Assembly (NCBI GenBank): GCA_963693365.1
Contig: CAVNZM010000003.1
Span: 10,012,101-10,076,100 of the forward strand
Direction: 5' to 3'
From: Amoebidium appalachense
Lineage: Eukaryota; Protista; Ichthyosporea
DNA length: 64,000 nucleotides
Shown: piece after piece, positions 48,575 through 61,077 of the stretch
Numbering within the stretch: position 1 is the first letter of the stretch
Layout of the letters: every line of letters begins with the position of its first letter
Made by a program: the position numbers and the translations under genes
Notes under the pieces: generated by a model
Database searches by the model: none
Told to the model about the DNA's origin: nothing
Seen by the model: the letters and a program-made list of their open reading frames with translations, nothing else

Positions 48575-51387
48575 ACCCACACCCTTGTGAATCAACCAAC
48601 CACAGGCTGCGAATTTGTACGGTTACGATGAAACCCCCTGCCGCAATTCTGTGTGGCTTTGATACATTTCATTTCCATTGCCAGATACCTGCAAAGTGGA
48701 AGTGTTTGGTTGAGGTGGTGTTGTTGGGGAATTCTGAAGCGACATTTCTTTGTTAGATGGGTGGCTTAGGCAATATTGATTGTGGGGTTTTGTGTAACTG
48801 TATGGTTATTCGTGTTCGATTAGACATGTGTTTTTTTTTGTTTTTTCTTATTTCTTTGTTTGTTTTTGTTCATAGTTGGTATTCCTGTTGGTAACCAATA
48901 TGAGCTTGGCTTTCTGTTTGAGGTGTATTTGATTGATCGTTTAGCAAAACAGGGGCACTGATTGTCTTTTTTTTGTTAAGTTTTTGTATGTGAAGTCTTG
49001 AGCTCTTGTATCAATTAGGCTCAGCAGAAAAACACAGTCATTCTTCTGTTATATATATACAAACAATTGCTACAGTAACTGCATATGTGAGCGCGCACAC
49101 ACAGCGGGTAGGGGGTAAATGTTGGAAACTGGGGTAAACGCCGAATTTTTCCTAATCAAGGTTTATACAGCTTCTGAATTTTGTGGTGATTGTGGTTGTG
49201 CGTATGCATTCATGTTAGTGGTTGTGATGCGATTCAATGCACAGCCTGATGTTAACAAGTAGAATAAAGTGTTGCATACGAATTATTGGCAAGGCAAGCA
49301 CCTCGCATCATACATGGTGCCTGTGGTTACGCATATGTTGTTGTGTTCATGTGACTTTCTGAGTACTCGTATGGATGTTGGCAAAAATGCAGTAGGTGTG
49401 ACATGAAGCGGACAGGCCGTCCCCCCCCCCCCCCCCCCCCCCCCCCGGGTGCCCCCTTAAGCTTCCCACATCCATACGTGAACCACTGATTTCCAAATGT
49501 CCTTGCAGCAGAGTATAGCTAGCTAGCTGTTGCCCATTTGGCATTTTTCTGGCTATATTTTTTTACTAATAGGGAATCCTAGAAAAATGTCGATGATGCA
49601 TCAATATGGTCAGAATCTCCACGTGTTGTATGTTAAACGCAGCTTACATGTACATGCATACGCTTCGAATTCAGTGATGCTGTGTGCACACGGTGCGCTG
49701 CATCACCGTGATGTGCATGCACTATTGTTAGGGATCCATTTTAATAAATCTCCTTTTTATTTTTAGATCTGTCTTAATTCTGATTTCAGTGGACCAGGTG
49801 ACCGTGACAATCAGCTCTCCATGCTGCATGTTTGGCTACATCCAGCTGTAGCTACATACTATAGTTAGTTATTTATTGTACTTGCACCGTTCTCCTGGCA
49901 GGCATACCTCCGAAAGTGATGCAGTCACATGCGTGATGCTTACCATCATGGCCCCCCCCGACCAAACGTTACTAACACAGGCTATGCATATGTGGCATGC
50001 ATATGGCATGTTGGTGCCGGCGCCGACTCAGCGGTTTCTTTAAATTTCACGGTGTTTCTTTCTTTTCTTTTTTTTGGCCCCTTTTCGTCCTTCCTTGAGC
50101 ACCCACTACTGCCAGCTGCAGTGGTATTATTATATGCAAATTATCTACTTGTATATCGAAGAACGTTATATTATTGAGGAGCCGCTTTGGCCAAGTGGGT
50201 AAGCCCTCGCCTCTGCCGCAAGAGATGGCACAAGGGTATCTGATGTAAGACTATCGGTACACTCTATATTGGAGGGCTTTCATTGGGGAGCCACTTTCAT
50301 CCAATCCATCATGTTCGATTTAGTTTGCACGTAATTGCTGGTCTCGCTCAGAGACATGAAGCAACCCCTGCACACGCACGTGGGGGGTGGGCCCGGCGAC
50401 ATTCTTGTTTTTGGTTGTGCTAAAGTTTTCTTCTAGAAGGCATGTATTCGAATAGGCGGGGTTGTTTTCAGTTTTGTGTTGAGGGATGGGGAGTGCTGCA
50501 CACTTTTTTTTTTTGTTGGGTACAGAATTTAAATTTTGATAAAAAAAAGTTGTTTTTTTTTAAGGAATATTCCTACTTTTTTTATTGTTTTATAAAAACT
50601 TTTTTTTTATCATCCGAACCATGAACTTTTTTGTTGAAGTCAAACCGAAATGAATGGCATGGTATTTGTTGCGGGGGGGGGGACACTATTATGAGGGGAT
50701 TGTGCTGTTGTATTGGAAAAGAGGCCCGTGCACGACACCCATACAAGTCATGGCATGCAAGGGCTCACTTCTGAAGTATGTAACTCACAGCTCAGGGATC
50801 AGAATGCAAAAAGTGCAAATTCAAATTCGCAGATATCATCAGTGCTACAACAATCACACACAACATAAAACACACGCAGAGTCAAGGCATCCGCATGCGC
50901 AGGGAGCATATGCAGTACCAAGATCACATAACTGTTTTCAGTGACTCGTGTTTGCCGGTTCTAGACGGTAATTATAAGCGGTGGTACAATTGCACAAGGA
51001 TGTTTTACTTTAACACTGTGCTAGGCTCAGCCGAGCAACTAACAGCAATTCCAGTCAACCTTTAAAGACGGGACGCCAGCCACAGGCTAGCAGCCCACCC
51101 CCTCTGGCGGAAACTGCGTGCAATTAACACCGGGCCTACTATTCACCACCATACACACACACACACCATGTGTATCAAAACCCCCAAATTCTGAATCCAA
51201 AAATCCAAATAAATTGGGGTGGGGTAAACTACGAAACGGGAGGAATTTCCATATCCATTAGGAATTTTGTGATAATACGTCATGTATGTCGTATGAAGCT
51301 AAAAGCGGATACACGCTTACAAATGCTGGTGTGTTGGAAGAGAGAGTGAGTGGGTTGTGTGAAATTTCAATGCATACTTTCATGCAT

Positions 51388-51880
51388 TTAGTACACACGG
51401 ATCACGGGGGGAACGGTGGAGACCTCGGTCTCGTCGAGGGTCTTGTCAATGACTGGGCGGTAGTCGAGCTTGACCTTGTGCTGTGGGTGAGAAGATATAC
51501 GTGAGATATACTAACAATTTCATCTCACTGATTGCTTGGAAAGTTCAACAAAAGAAGCAGGAAAAGGATCCATGGTCCTAATCTGCAATTGCCGGGTGGC
51601 GAGATAGACATATATATATACCTCAAATTACATCTCACGGTTGCTTAAAAAGCTCAAGTGTAAGTGGCACCAAAGAGATGGTTTTCTATTGTGCAATTAA
51701 AATAACTTACACAAGAACAACTTACACGAGAATAACCAAGGAAGAGTCGAGTATACGAAGCATGATCATACAAGAAGAATGCAAGAAAAACAATCAAAAA
51801 AGTAGGAACATTGCAAACATAAATGTTCTTGCTTCTCCCCTCTCTCACACGTATGCATGTGTGTGTATTTTTTTTTTCCT

Positions 51881-51930
<50 letters not shown>

Positions 51931-52228
51931 GCGTACGTCGGGGGTGACCCAGGAGAGGGTGTGCTTGCGCCAGTGGTCGGTCTTCATCTGCTGGCCCTCC
52001 AGAGGCTTGGAGTAGTCGTACTCGTCCACTGTGTGCACACGGGTGGTTAGCATGTGTGTGTGTGTCTGTGGATTTCGTTGTTGAAATATGGCTGTACCCC
52101 CCCCCCCCCCCCCCCAAAAAAAAAAACCCCGCAACCAGTTTGTCCTGATGGATGAAATTGAGAGTTTCCCCTTTTTCTTTTCTTCTTCGTCTTTTTTTTT
52201 TTTGTTGTTGTCGTCGATGTTGTTTGCG

Positions 52229-52284
<56 letters not shown>

Positions 52285-53200
52285 GGGTATCCGAGAGTAC
52301 ATTTGTGTGGAACCAAAATTCTATGTGTGCGTGGCTGTGTTTGTATAAAGGTGCTATGCAAGCGTGTACGTGCCTGTGCCTGCACGTGTGCGCTTTCGTG
52401 TATGTGTGTGCATGTGAGCATGTATACAGGTGCATGCACGCACCTCTGCTAGGGTAATCCTCGCGGGCGTGTGCGCCACGGCTCTCCTTGCGTGCCTCAG
52501 CAGAGTAGATGGTCTGCTGGGCGTTGGTCATCAGGTTCTGCAGCTCCAGGGTCTCGATAAGGTCAGTGTTCCACACAACACCACGGTCCTTGACTGTAGC
52601 AGGGAAGAAAGAAAGGGGTTGTTAGTGGAGGATAAAGAGTGTGAGATGAAGTGACGGAAAGCACGTGAAGGAAGAAAGAAAAGAAGATGTGTGTCAAGGT
52701 TTCTGTAGAATGGTGCTTATCCATCTATACCGGCCGCAGTGTGGAGCTGAAAAGGGAAGATATTTGGGTTGGGGGTTGGAAGGGGGCTGGGAGGAGGCAG
52801 GAGGAGGGGAAAGGAAGTACAAGATATACGCATCACACCTCTACCGGAGCATCCTACGCACCAAGACAATGAATAACCGCCCAGACACCAGGAGCAACAA
52901 AGAACGGAAAGGGGGGAGAGGTGTGTGGGTGTCTGCGTGTGTGTTTGTTGGGGAGGGGGGGGGGGGGGGGGGAAGACACGTACTGCCGAGGTCCTTCATG
53001 TCAGCGACGCACTCGTCCAGCTTGACGCAACCCTCCTTGAGGGTGGGGCCATCACGGAACACGGCAGCGTGGTTCTGCATGGTGCGCTGCATCTTGAGGC
53101 GGAGATCGGCAGTGGGCGTATGGCCGGTGGAGTTGCGCATGCTGTAGAGAAAGTATACGTGTGGGGTGAGAACGGTGTATGTGTGTGGGTTGAGTAGAGG

Positions 53201-53240
<40 letters not shown>

Positions 53241-53447
53241 TGTGTGTGGGGAGGCATTTGACACGAGAGAATCGGGTTCAAGTGGATTCAAAAATATGAC
53301 TGGTCTTGGATAAACGGGGAAAAAGGCAAAAGGCTCGTTTAATAGTCTTCAACAACTTTACCGAGAAGAGAGCCCTTATTTGCCTATCTGGTTTATGATC
53401 TTGTTGGTGTTTTTTTTTTTTTCCCCTTCTTTTTTGCGTGTGTTGGG

Positions 53448-53483
<36 letters not shown>

Positions 53484-53834
53484 GAATGCGGAACACGGTA
53501 CGAAGTACGCATACACGAAGGACACATGCAAAGGCAAACATTCAACATAGCCATGCGCGCAGTATGCGTCATAAGCAGAGCCCATCCTCAGGGAGGACCT
53601 AAGTCATCAATTGCGTCTTTGAGTTTCGACCCCTTAGCCCGCGTATATACAACGCTCCAACTCAGACAGCAGCATCAACTGAACTTGGGCGGGTCAACAC
53701 GTCTTGATCAAAGACGAGCAGGGTTGCTTATGCAAGCAAGGTGAGCAAAACGGTGAATATGTGTGTGCAAACTAATGCAGTGCAGCGAAAAATGCGTATG
53801 TGCTTACAGATGCACGACACAGAGCAACCATGCC

Positions 53835-53866
<32 letters not shown>

Positions 53867-56800
53867 CTGGGACTGGGGCTGTTCCATACTTGTCGAGGTT
53901 AGCAATGGAGGCCTCTCCGGCGCCGGCGGGCAGAGGGGCGTGGGGGGCACCGGGCTTGTTGGTGGCAGCAATGGTGTTGGCGCATGCACGGCCGAACACA
54001 ACGATGTCCAGAAGAGAGTTGGCACCAAGACGGTTGGCACCGTGCACGGAGGCGGCGGCACACTCGCCGGCGGCGTACAGACCCGGGACAACAACGTCCT
54101 GACCGTTCTGTTTGGGTAAAAAGGGAGAGTATACGTGTAAGTAATTGGGGTTATCATGTGCGTGCGTGCTTGTGTGTCACTCTCTGTACCCGGGGAAAAG
54201 AGGGGGGGGGGGGGGGGGGTTGATATTACCAAGCATAAAATCATGGAAACGACACAGAGCAGATCTTGCAAAACCAATTGCACACCTGAATGCATCACTA
54301 GATGTAATAATGTGTTCCTTTTCATTTCTTTGGAGGTGTGTGTGTGTGTGTGTGTGTGTGTGGTGGGGGGTGGTGGGGGGATGGGATTTGAGGGCTTGAG
54401 ATATACCTGGTAGGTGATAACCTGGCCGAGATAGTTAGTGGGGATACCGCCCATGTTGTAGTGCACGGTGGGCAGCACGGGGATGGGCTCCTTGGTCACA
54501 TCAACACCGGCAAAGATGGCGGCCGTCTCGGAGATACCGGGCAGACGCTCGTGGAGGACCTCAGCGGGCAGATGGTGAAGCTGCAGGTACACGTGGTCCT
54601 GTGGGGGGAGAATGGGGGGGGAGGGGGGTGTTAGAGGCGTACGTGTGTGTGTGTCAAAGATGGGGGGAGGTCGGTTTTCAGCTATGTGAACTAAGCGTGA
54701 GTGTGGGTGTGTGATTCCTTTGGTTATAAAGGTGTTGAGCCTATCCACACGAGTGCACGTGTGTGCACCTATTGGTCATGACGGCCGTCAACTGGCGTGG
54801 CACATTTCTGAAGATGTCGGTGTGCATGGTGTGTGTTTGTGTGTACTTCCCCCCACCAATATCTCCGCATACTTGCTTTGTTTCATCAATATCAATCTTA
54901 GGACTTTGGCAGCGACACTCCACATCATCCCCACTCTCCCATCACCCCCGGGAACAACCACCCTCCTCCCCCCACCCCCCCCAACAAACACACACGATAC
55001 TACTATGATACTCAAAGCTCAACTGCAACACATAGAAAAGAAGCATCCAGATGTCAACATAAACGGAACATTCCGTATGGAAAACGGCATACAGCAAGAG
55101 CCAAGGCACACCCAGACACAGACATATGGAAAATGGAACACGGCATACCTTCATGGGACCGACACCGCGGCCCTCACGGATTTCGATGGTGGAGGCACGG
55201 GACACGACGTCACGGGAGGCCAAATCCTTGGCGCTGGGAGCATAGCGCTCCATGTAGCTGGTGACGTGTAAATGTTAGAACACTGTGCTCCAGTGGGAGA
55301 GGCATGCAGAATGAAATACCATAAATGCGAATGGTTTTTAGGTTTTTGCCATCGTGCTTTCTGGCGGATACGGTACCAAGTAAAAACAACGTAGAAACAC
55401 ATTATGTGAGCAAATAGAGAGAACAACGGCATAGGCCGCAAAGAGAGAGGGGGGGGGGGGAATAATGCATGAAACACGTGTGCATGTAAGCATGTTTGTG
55501 GATGTGTTTGTGGTGTGAGGCCAGAGAGGGGGGGGGGGGGGGGGAGGGGGGTTGAATGCGGAACACGGTACGAAGTACGCATACACGACGAGAAGCATGG
55601 TGCAGGACATGCAAAGGCAAACATTCAAGTATGCAACATCAGCCATGTGCACAGTATGCGTCATAAGCAGAGCCCATCCTCAGGGAGGACCCAAGTCATC
55701 AATTGCGTCTTGAGTTTCGACCCCTTAGCCCGCGTATATACAACGCTCCAACTCAGACAGCAGCATCACCTGAACTTGGGCGGGTCAACCCGTCTTGATC
55801 ATAGACGAGCAGGGTTGCTTATCCAAGCAAGGTGAGCAAAACGGTGAAGATGTGTGTGCAAACTAATGCAGCGCAGCGAAAAACGCGTATGTGCTTACAG
55901 ATGCACGACACAGAGCAACCATGCCCCGGGGGGGGGGGGGGGTTGGACTGCATCAGACCAGCATGGGTGTACGTGTGTGTGTGCCTCGGGGGAAAGAGAG
56001 AACACATACCGCTCGCCCTCAGAGTTGAGCAGGTAGCCACCCTCACCACGGCAGCCCTCAGTGATCAGGCAGCCGGCACCGTAGATGCCAGTGGGGTGGA
56101 ACTGTACGAACTCGAGATCCTCAAGGGGGAGACCGGCACGGGCAACCTGAGAGCGTCCAAGAAACGTGAGAAAACGGGGACATAAATACCACCTGTTATG
56201 TTAGCGCATATGGTAGATGTGGGAAAACAAGAACACAATACACCGAGGTGCAAGAAACCAGGCATGACGTGTGGGAGGGAGAAGGGGGGATGGGGGAGGG
56301 GGGATGTGTTATCAAAAGCATCCCCTCTGAAAGGGCACAAAAAGGACGAGACTTCAAATATTCTAGGATCTGTTGGGTCCTATAAGTCCGGCAAGATAGA
56401 GCCACTTCTGTACCAACAGCAAACACCAGGAGGTACATGCTGTTTACAGGCGTGCGCGTGTGTGGACGTGTGTTTGCACGCACTTGGAACAGTGCGTGTG
56501 TGTGTGAACACATGTATGTGCGTGTGTGCAGGTGAAGGTGCTGAGTTCACTTAAAAGAGACGTGTCTCTCTCTCTGTGGTGTGTGTCGTGTGTGAGAGTG
56601 CATGTGCATGCTTATGAGCATGTAAGTGTAGTTCACCCACCATGGCGTTACCGTCACCAGTGCAGGTGTGAGCAGAGGTGCACGAGAAGTAAGCACGGCC
56701 ATAGCCGCCGGTGGCCAGGACCACGTTGTGGGCCCTGAAACGGTGGATGGAGCCATCCTCCATGTCCATGGCAATCACACCACGGCAGGCACCATCCTCC

Positions 56801-59800
56801 ATGATCAGGTCCATGGCAAAGTACTGGGGGGGGGGGGGAAGGAGGAGGGGAGAAGGGTAAGTATGTGTTAGGTAATGCCCGAAGGGAGGGGAAGAGGGGG
56901 GGGGAGGGGGGGGTTTGTTTCACAATTCGCCCAAGTGCACGTATATGTTCCCGATGGACAACGACAAAATTGTGGGGGGGGGGGGGGGGGGGGGGGGGGC
57001 TACAGTGTCGCAAATTACGAAGTGCACGATATTTACCACGAACAACCCAGCGCAGCTTTGACAAAAGAGCACAAAACGGAGAGTGTAAGCCATAACAGGT
57101 TATGTAGCACGATTTCCCGGAGAAAGAAAATTTTCGACAAGACAAAAAAAGAGAAACCAAGGGGACGGACAGATATTGGCAGCCAACTACCCGGGACGAC
57201 ACCAAGCCAGAACCAGGGAAAGGAATGGGTGCCAAGTTCTTTGCCGGGGAAATGATCGGAGTGGCAATGGAAAGTGCCCCCCCCATCCGTATTCCGGCAA
57301 AACAAAACCCCCAAACATATTCCGTTTAAGGCAGCTCTCCTGATGATACGTGAAAATCATTAGGCACACACAAACCAAGAGATCAACGAGGGCTCTTATC
57401 GGCTCAACATAGTCTATCTAGACCCGCCCCCCCCCCCCCCCCCCTCTCCCCCTACCGATGCCATGGACTCGAGAAGAGGGAGGTTTGTGTATATGTGTGT
57501 GTGGGGGGGGGGGAGGGGGGAGGGTCAAAATACTATTCTGATCACACACCTCGATGAAGTAGTTGGCGCCCTGGTGGCGCAGAGACTGGCCGTACAGGGT
57601 GTGCAGGATGGCGTGGCCTGTGCGATCAGCCACGGCACAGCAGCGGTGTGCCTGGCCTCCCTTGCCGAACTTGAGTGACTGGCCGCCGAACGGGCGCTGG
57701 AAAGAGAGAAAACGTAGGTGTTAGTGGATGTGATTGATGCGTTCGTGTCAGAAATAAGCTGGACATTGAAATACTTAGGGCAATGACAAATGTATGTGTG
57801 TGAAGTGCGTGTGTGTGTGTGTGTGGTGGGGGGTGGGGTGGGGTGGGGGGGTGGGGGGGGGGGGGCGGCTGGGAGGTGTGTATCGGATCAGAAGGGGTAT
57901 ATAATTGCAGGAGTGGAGGAGGAGAAACTATAGGTGAACGCAAGAGGAGACCATAAACAAGCTGACCTTCCTCTCAGAAAAAGCATGCCAGAGAGAGACA
58001 GCAGAAAGTAAGAATTGCCTTGCACAAAAATATCCGAATACACACCGACCCCGCCCCTCCCCCCTCTTCCGCCGGAGCAAACACATGAACACAACACTCA
58101 AGCCCATATTTTGCCCAAGATCTCACCTGGTAGATCTTTCCCTCGTCCGTACGTGAGAAGGGGCAACCGTAGTGCTCCAGCTCGATCACAGTCTGCGTAA
58201 GTATATCCGTCAGTCATTCGGAAAACAAACAGTTTCTCTCCGTTACTGGTTCCCGTCCAAAAAATAAATATATTTAATAAAACCTAACGACCCGGTTTCT
58301 CCCGCTCACCACACGCCTCTGTTGTTAGAGAGTTTCAGAAACTTGTCATTCCAACCATCTTCCGACTTATCGAGCACATATTTTTTTAGCTGGAGGTTAA
58401 CCGGGCAGGGGGATGGGGGAGGGGGAGGGGGGGTTGACTGTATTACAAAGTATCAAATAAGCATTCACACCGGACAACACTTTGATTTCACAGATCTCTC
58501 GAGAGGAGCATACATCATGATTAGGGCCCATCCTTCCGGGTGAGGAGTGGTGCTGGTGGTGGTGGCGCTGTGTGTGTGTGTGGGGGGGGGGGGGGGGGGG
58601 GGGGGGGGCATACGCGGGGGGCCTCGCGGGTCATGTAGTGGATGGCATCCTGGTCACCGAGCCAATCAGAACCCTTGACCGTGTCGTAGAAGTGCCACCG
58701 CCAGTCATCCTCGGTCATATTGCCGAGGGCAGCGTTGATACCACCTGGAAACAAAAGGTTTGTGCAATTTAGAGAGCGCTTTTACCGCTTTTCTTTTAAA
58801 CCTATTTAGAAATGCTTATACCGTTTCATGAAACGTCTCACACAATAATGTATTTTATGTGGGTGTAGGTCCCACGAAAGAGGACTTGCAGAACCGATCT
58901 AACGCGTAATCTGACCGTGTTTTGCAGAACCGTCAAATACACGGTATTACGCTAGTCAAATGATGATAATAATTCTGTCAACCTCAACAAAAAGTGTGTT
59001 TGCATGCAATTTTCAAATCTCTATCGCTTCGTCCTTCCTTTCGATCCCTACATCCACTTACACCACCGAAAACCAATTTTCGAGAGCAACACAGCTTATT
59101 TGTATGTGCACCAACTGAAAAATGTCGCTATCTCCTCTGGGTTTACATTCATCTCCTCTGGTTTTAAATTCGTACCCTCCACTCCTTCGTTGCACCCCTC
59201 CCCCCCTCTGCACGTGCATTTCACATATAACCTCCACCCCCTCCACCCCATCCCATACTCAATCCCGTCAAACAGTAAAGAAATTTCTTACCCTGGGCAG
59301 CAACGGTGTGAGAGCGGGTAGGGAACAGCTTTGTGATGCAAGCCGTGTTGAAGCCCTGCTCGGCAAGACCGAAGGCAGCACGCAGACCGGCACCACCGGC
59401 ACCAACCACAACGGCATCGTACGTGTGGTCGATGATGTTGTACTGCGTGTGCAGGAAAACAGAGAAAAAAAGTTAGAAAGCATGTTTTGGAAAGGGAGAT
59501 ATTGAGTTGAACAGCGGCACTGCTCATTCACAAACAGGCGAAATAATGGAATTACACGATGCTGCAACGTGTGCTCAGAGAAAGGGAAAACGGAGTTGCA
59601 CAATTCTATAAATATATGACGGAAATTAGGAAAAACGTCCACCTGTATTCATTGTATTCATTTTGTGTGTCAACATTTGGTGTTTTGGAGTCCCCACCCC
59701 TTGCCGCGTAAGATCAGAGACAGAGCAAATAGTAATAGTGTGGGCATCTGGAGTATCGGCATAAACACGCCTGACACATAGGGAACGAATGAAAGTACAA

Positions 59801-61077
59801 CCACTGTCGTGCAAGCACAAGCAAAACAGTAAAGCAGAGACCGGTTAGATATAGATACGGACCCCTCCCAAAAAAAAAAACCCTCTCGCCCCCTCCCCCC
59901 CCCTCACAAGTCAACACCGACCTCCCACCTCCTCACTCATGAACTGCAATCTTGATTGTGTGTTGTGTTTGGGTGCAACTATACAAGCACATCACATGTT
60001 GCTTTTCTCAAAATTTCTAAAAGTAGAGACTGTGTGCTCTAGGTTATACAGCAGTTTGCTACTATGCATTGGTGGCATGTCGGTGTCCTTAAACAATCAA
60101 AAACGTTGCTTTTCTCAAAATTTCTAAAGTAGAGACTGTGTGCTCTAGGTTATACAGCAGTTTGCTACTATGCATTGGTGGCATGTCGGTGTCCTTAAAC
60201 ACTCAAACCGACAAGGCAGAGGGACTGGTCAGTGTGCCCTCGTGGGGGGCACATTGAAAAAGCAAAATCACTTAAAACAAAACCATTTCAAAAGACTAAA
60301 CATAAACAACAAGAGAGCCGGAGCAACAACCGAAAGGAGTTTCTGTGTTTGATGGCCGCAAAACCAACACATCAATACCCATCCAAACCGTTGCCCTGTC
60401 TCCGTAGTTCAAGTTACCACGCAGGGACACTTACGGCCTTGGTCAGGTCGTCAGAGCGCTTAGACTGCCCCTGCACACTGCCGCTCATGTGCAGATTCCT
60501 GCTGGCAACGGCAGCAGCGGGCCGGAGGCCCAGCTTGGCCTGTGGAACCCAAACAACGGTTAGTTGTCTGGGCACAGAAAAAAGGGAGAGAGCGACGAGG
60601 AAAGGCGAAAGAAGTGGATATAGTGAACTTCTGATGTTTGGTGTTCTTTTCTTAGCTACCAGAAATATGAAACAGTAGTTCCAAGATGCGGATCGTACGA
60701 CTAGGATGTAAGTCTACAGTCCCATTTTCATGCTTGACCTGCCAAACGGCTTCGTGCTTTAAGAGAACTGGTTTTAAAAAAAAAAAAAATCCTGGCTGTA
60801 TAACGTTGTAGCTCAGTCACCAGAGCCAAAATGCTTCATTCAAGTTCTTACGTTGCAAAGAAAACATCAAGCCTTGCTACCGACTCGAAAAATAGAAGTA
60901 GCCAAGAAACTAGGAGGGGCGTCGAAAAACAGGTTTACTAGAAACCAGTGATAATCACCATCTCCACGGTTTTTAGTCTTCAAATTGCCTAAGACCTAGC
61001 GCGATTGGCTGGAAAAACTTCATAAAGCCTGTAAAGCGCACCTTGAGGGCCGAAGCGCGAGTCAATGCCCGGAACAT
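51388..61077 (-). CDS. SDH1: Succinate dehydrogenase flavoprotein subunit, mitochondrial, 15 exons
   Basis: Targeting peptide [12 protein letters not shown]; [101 protein letters not shown]; GT-AG introns. Confidence 0.97.
53482..53836 (-). mobile_element. Structured-tail repeat, subfamily B (SINE-like), copy 1
   Basis: Same two ends as 55552-55927; flanked by poly-C on both sides (minus strand); shares core and 3' end with subfamily A. Confidence 0.75.
55552..55927 (-). mobile_element. Structured-tail repeat, subfamily B, copy 2
   Basis: Highly similar to 53482-53836 with short indels. Confidence 0.75.
59999..60201. repeat. ~107-bp tandem duplication in SDH1 intron
   Basis: ttgcttttctcaaaatttct...gtccttaaaca occurs twice. 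Confidence 0.9.

Noticed and set aside
50178-50245. tRNA-like head (tggccaagtggg A-box)
   Set aside because: No T-arm/B-box or cloverleaf
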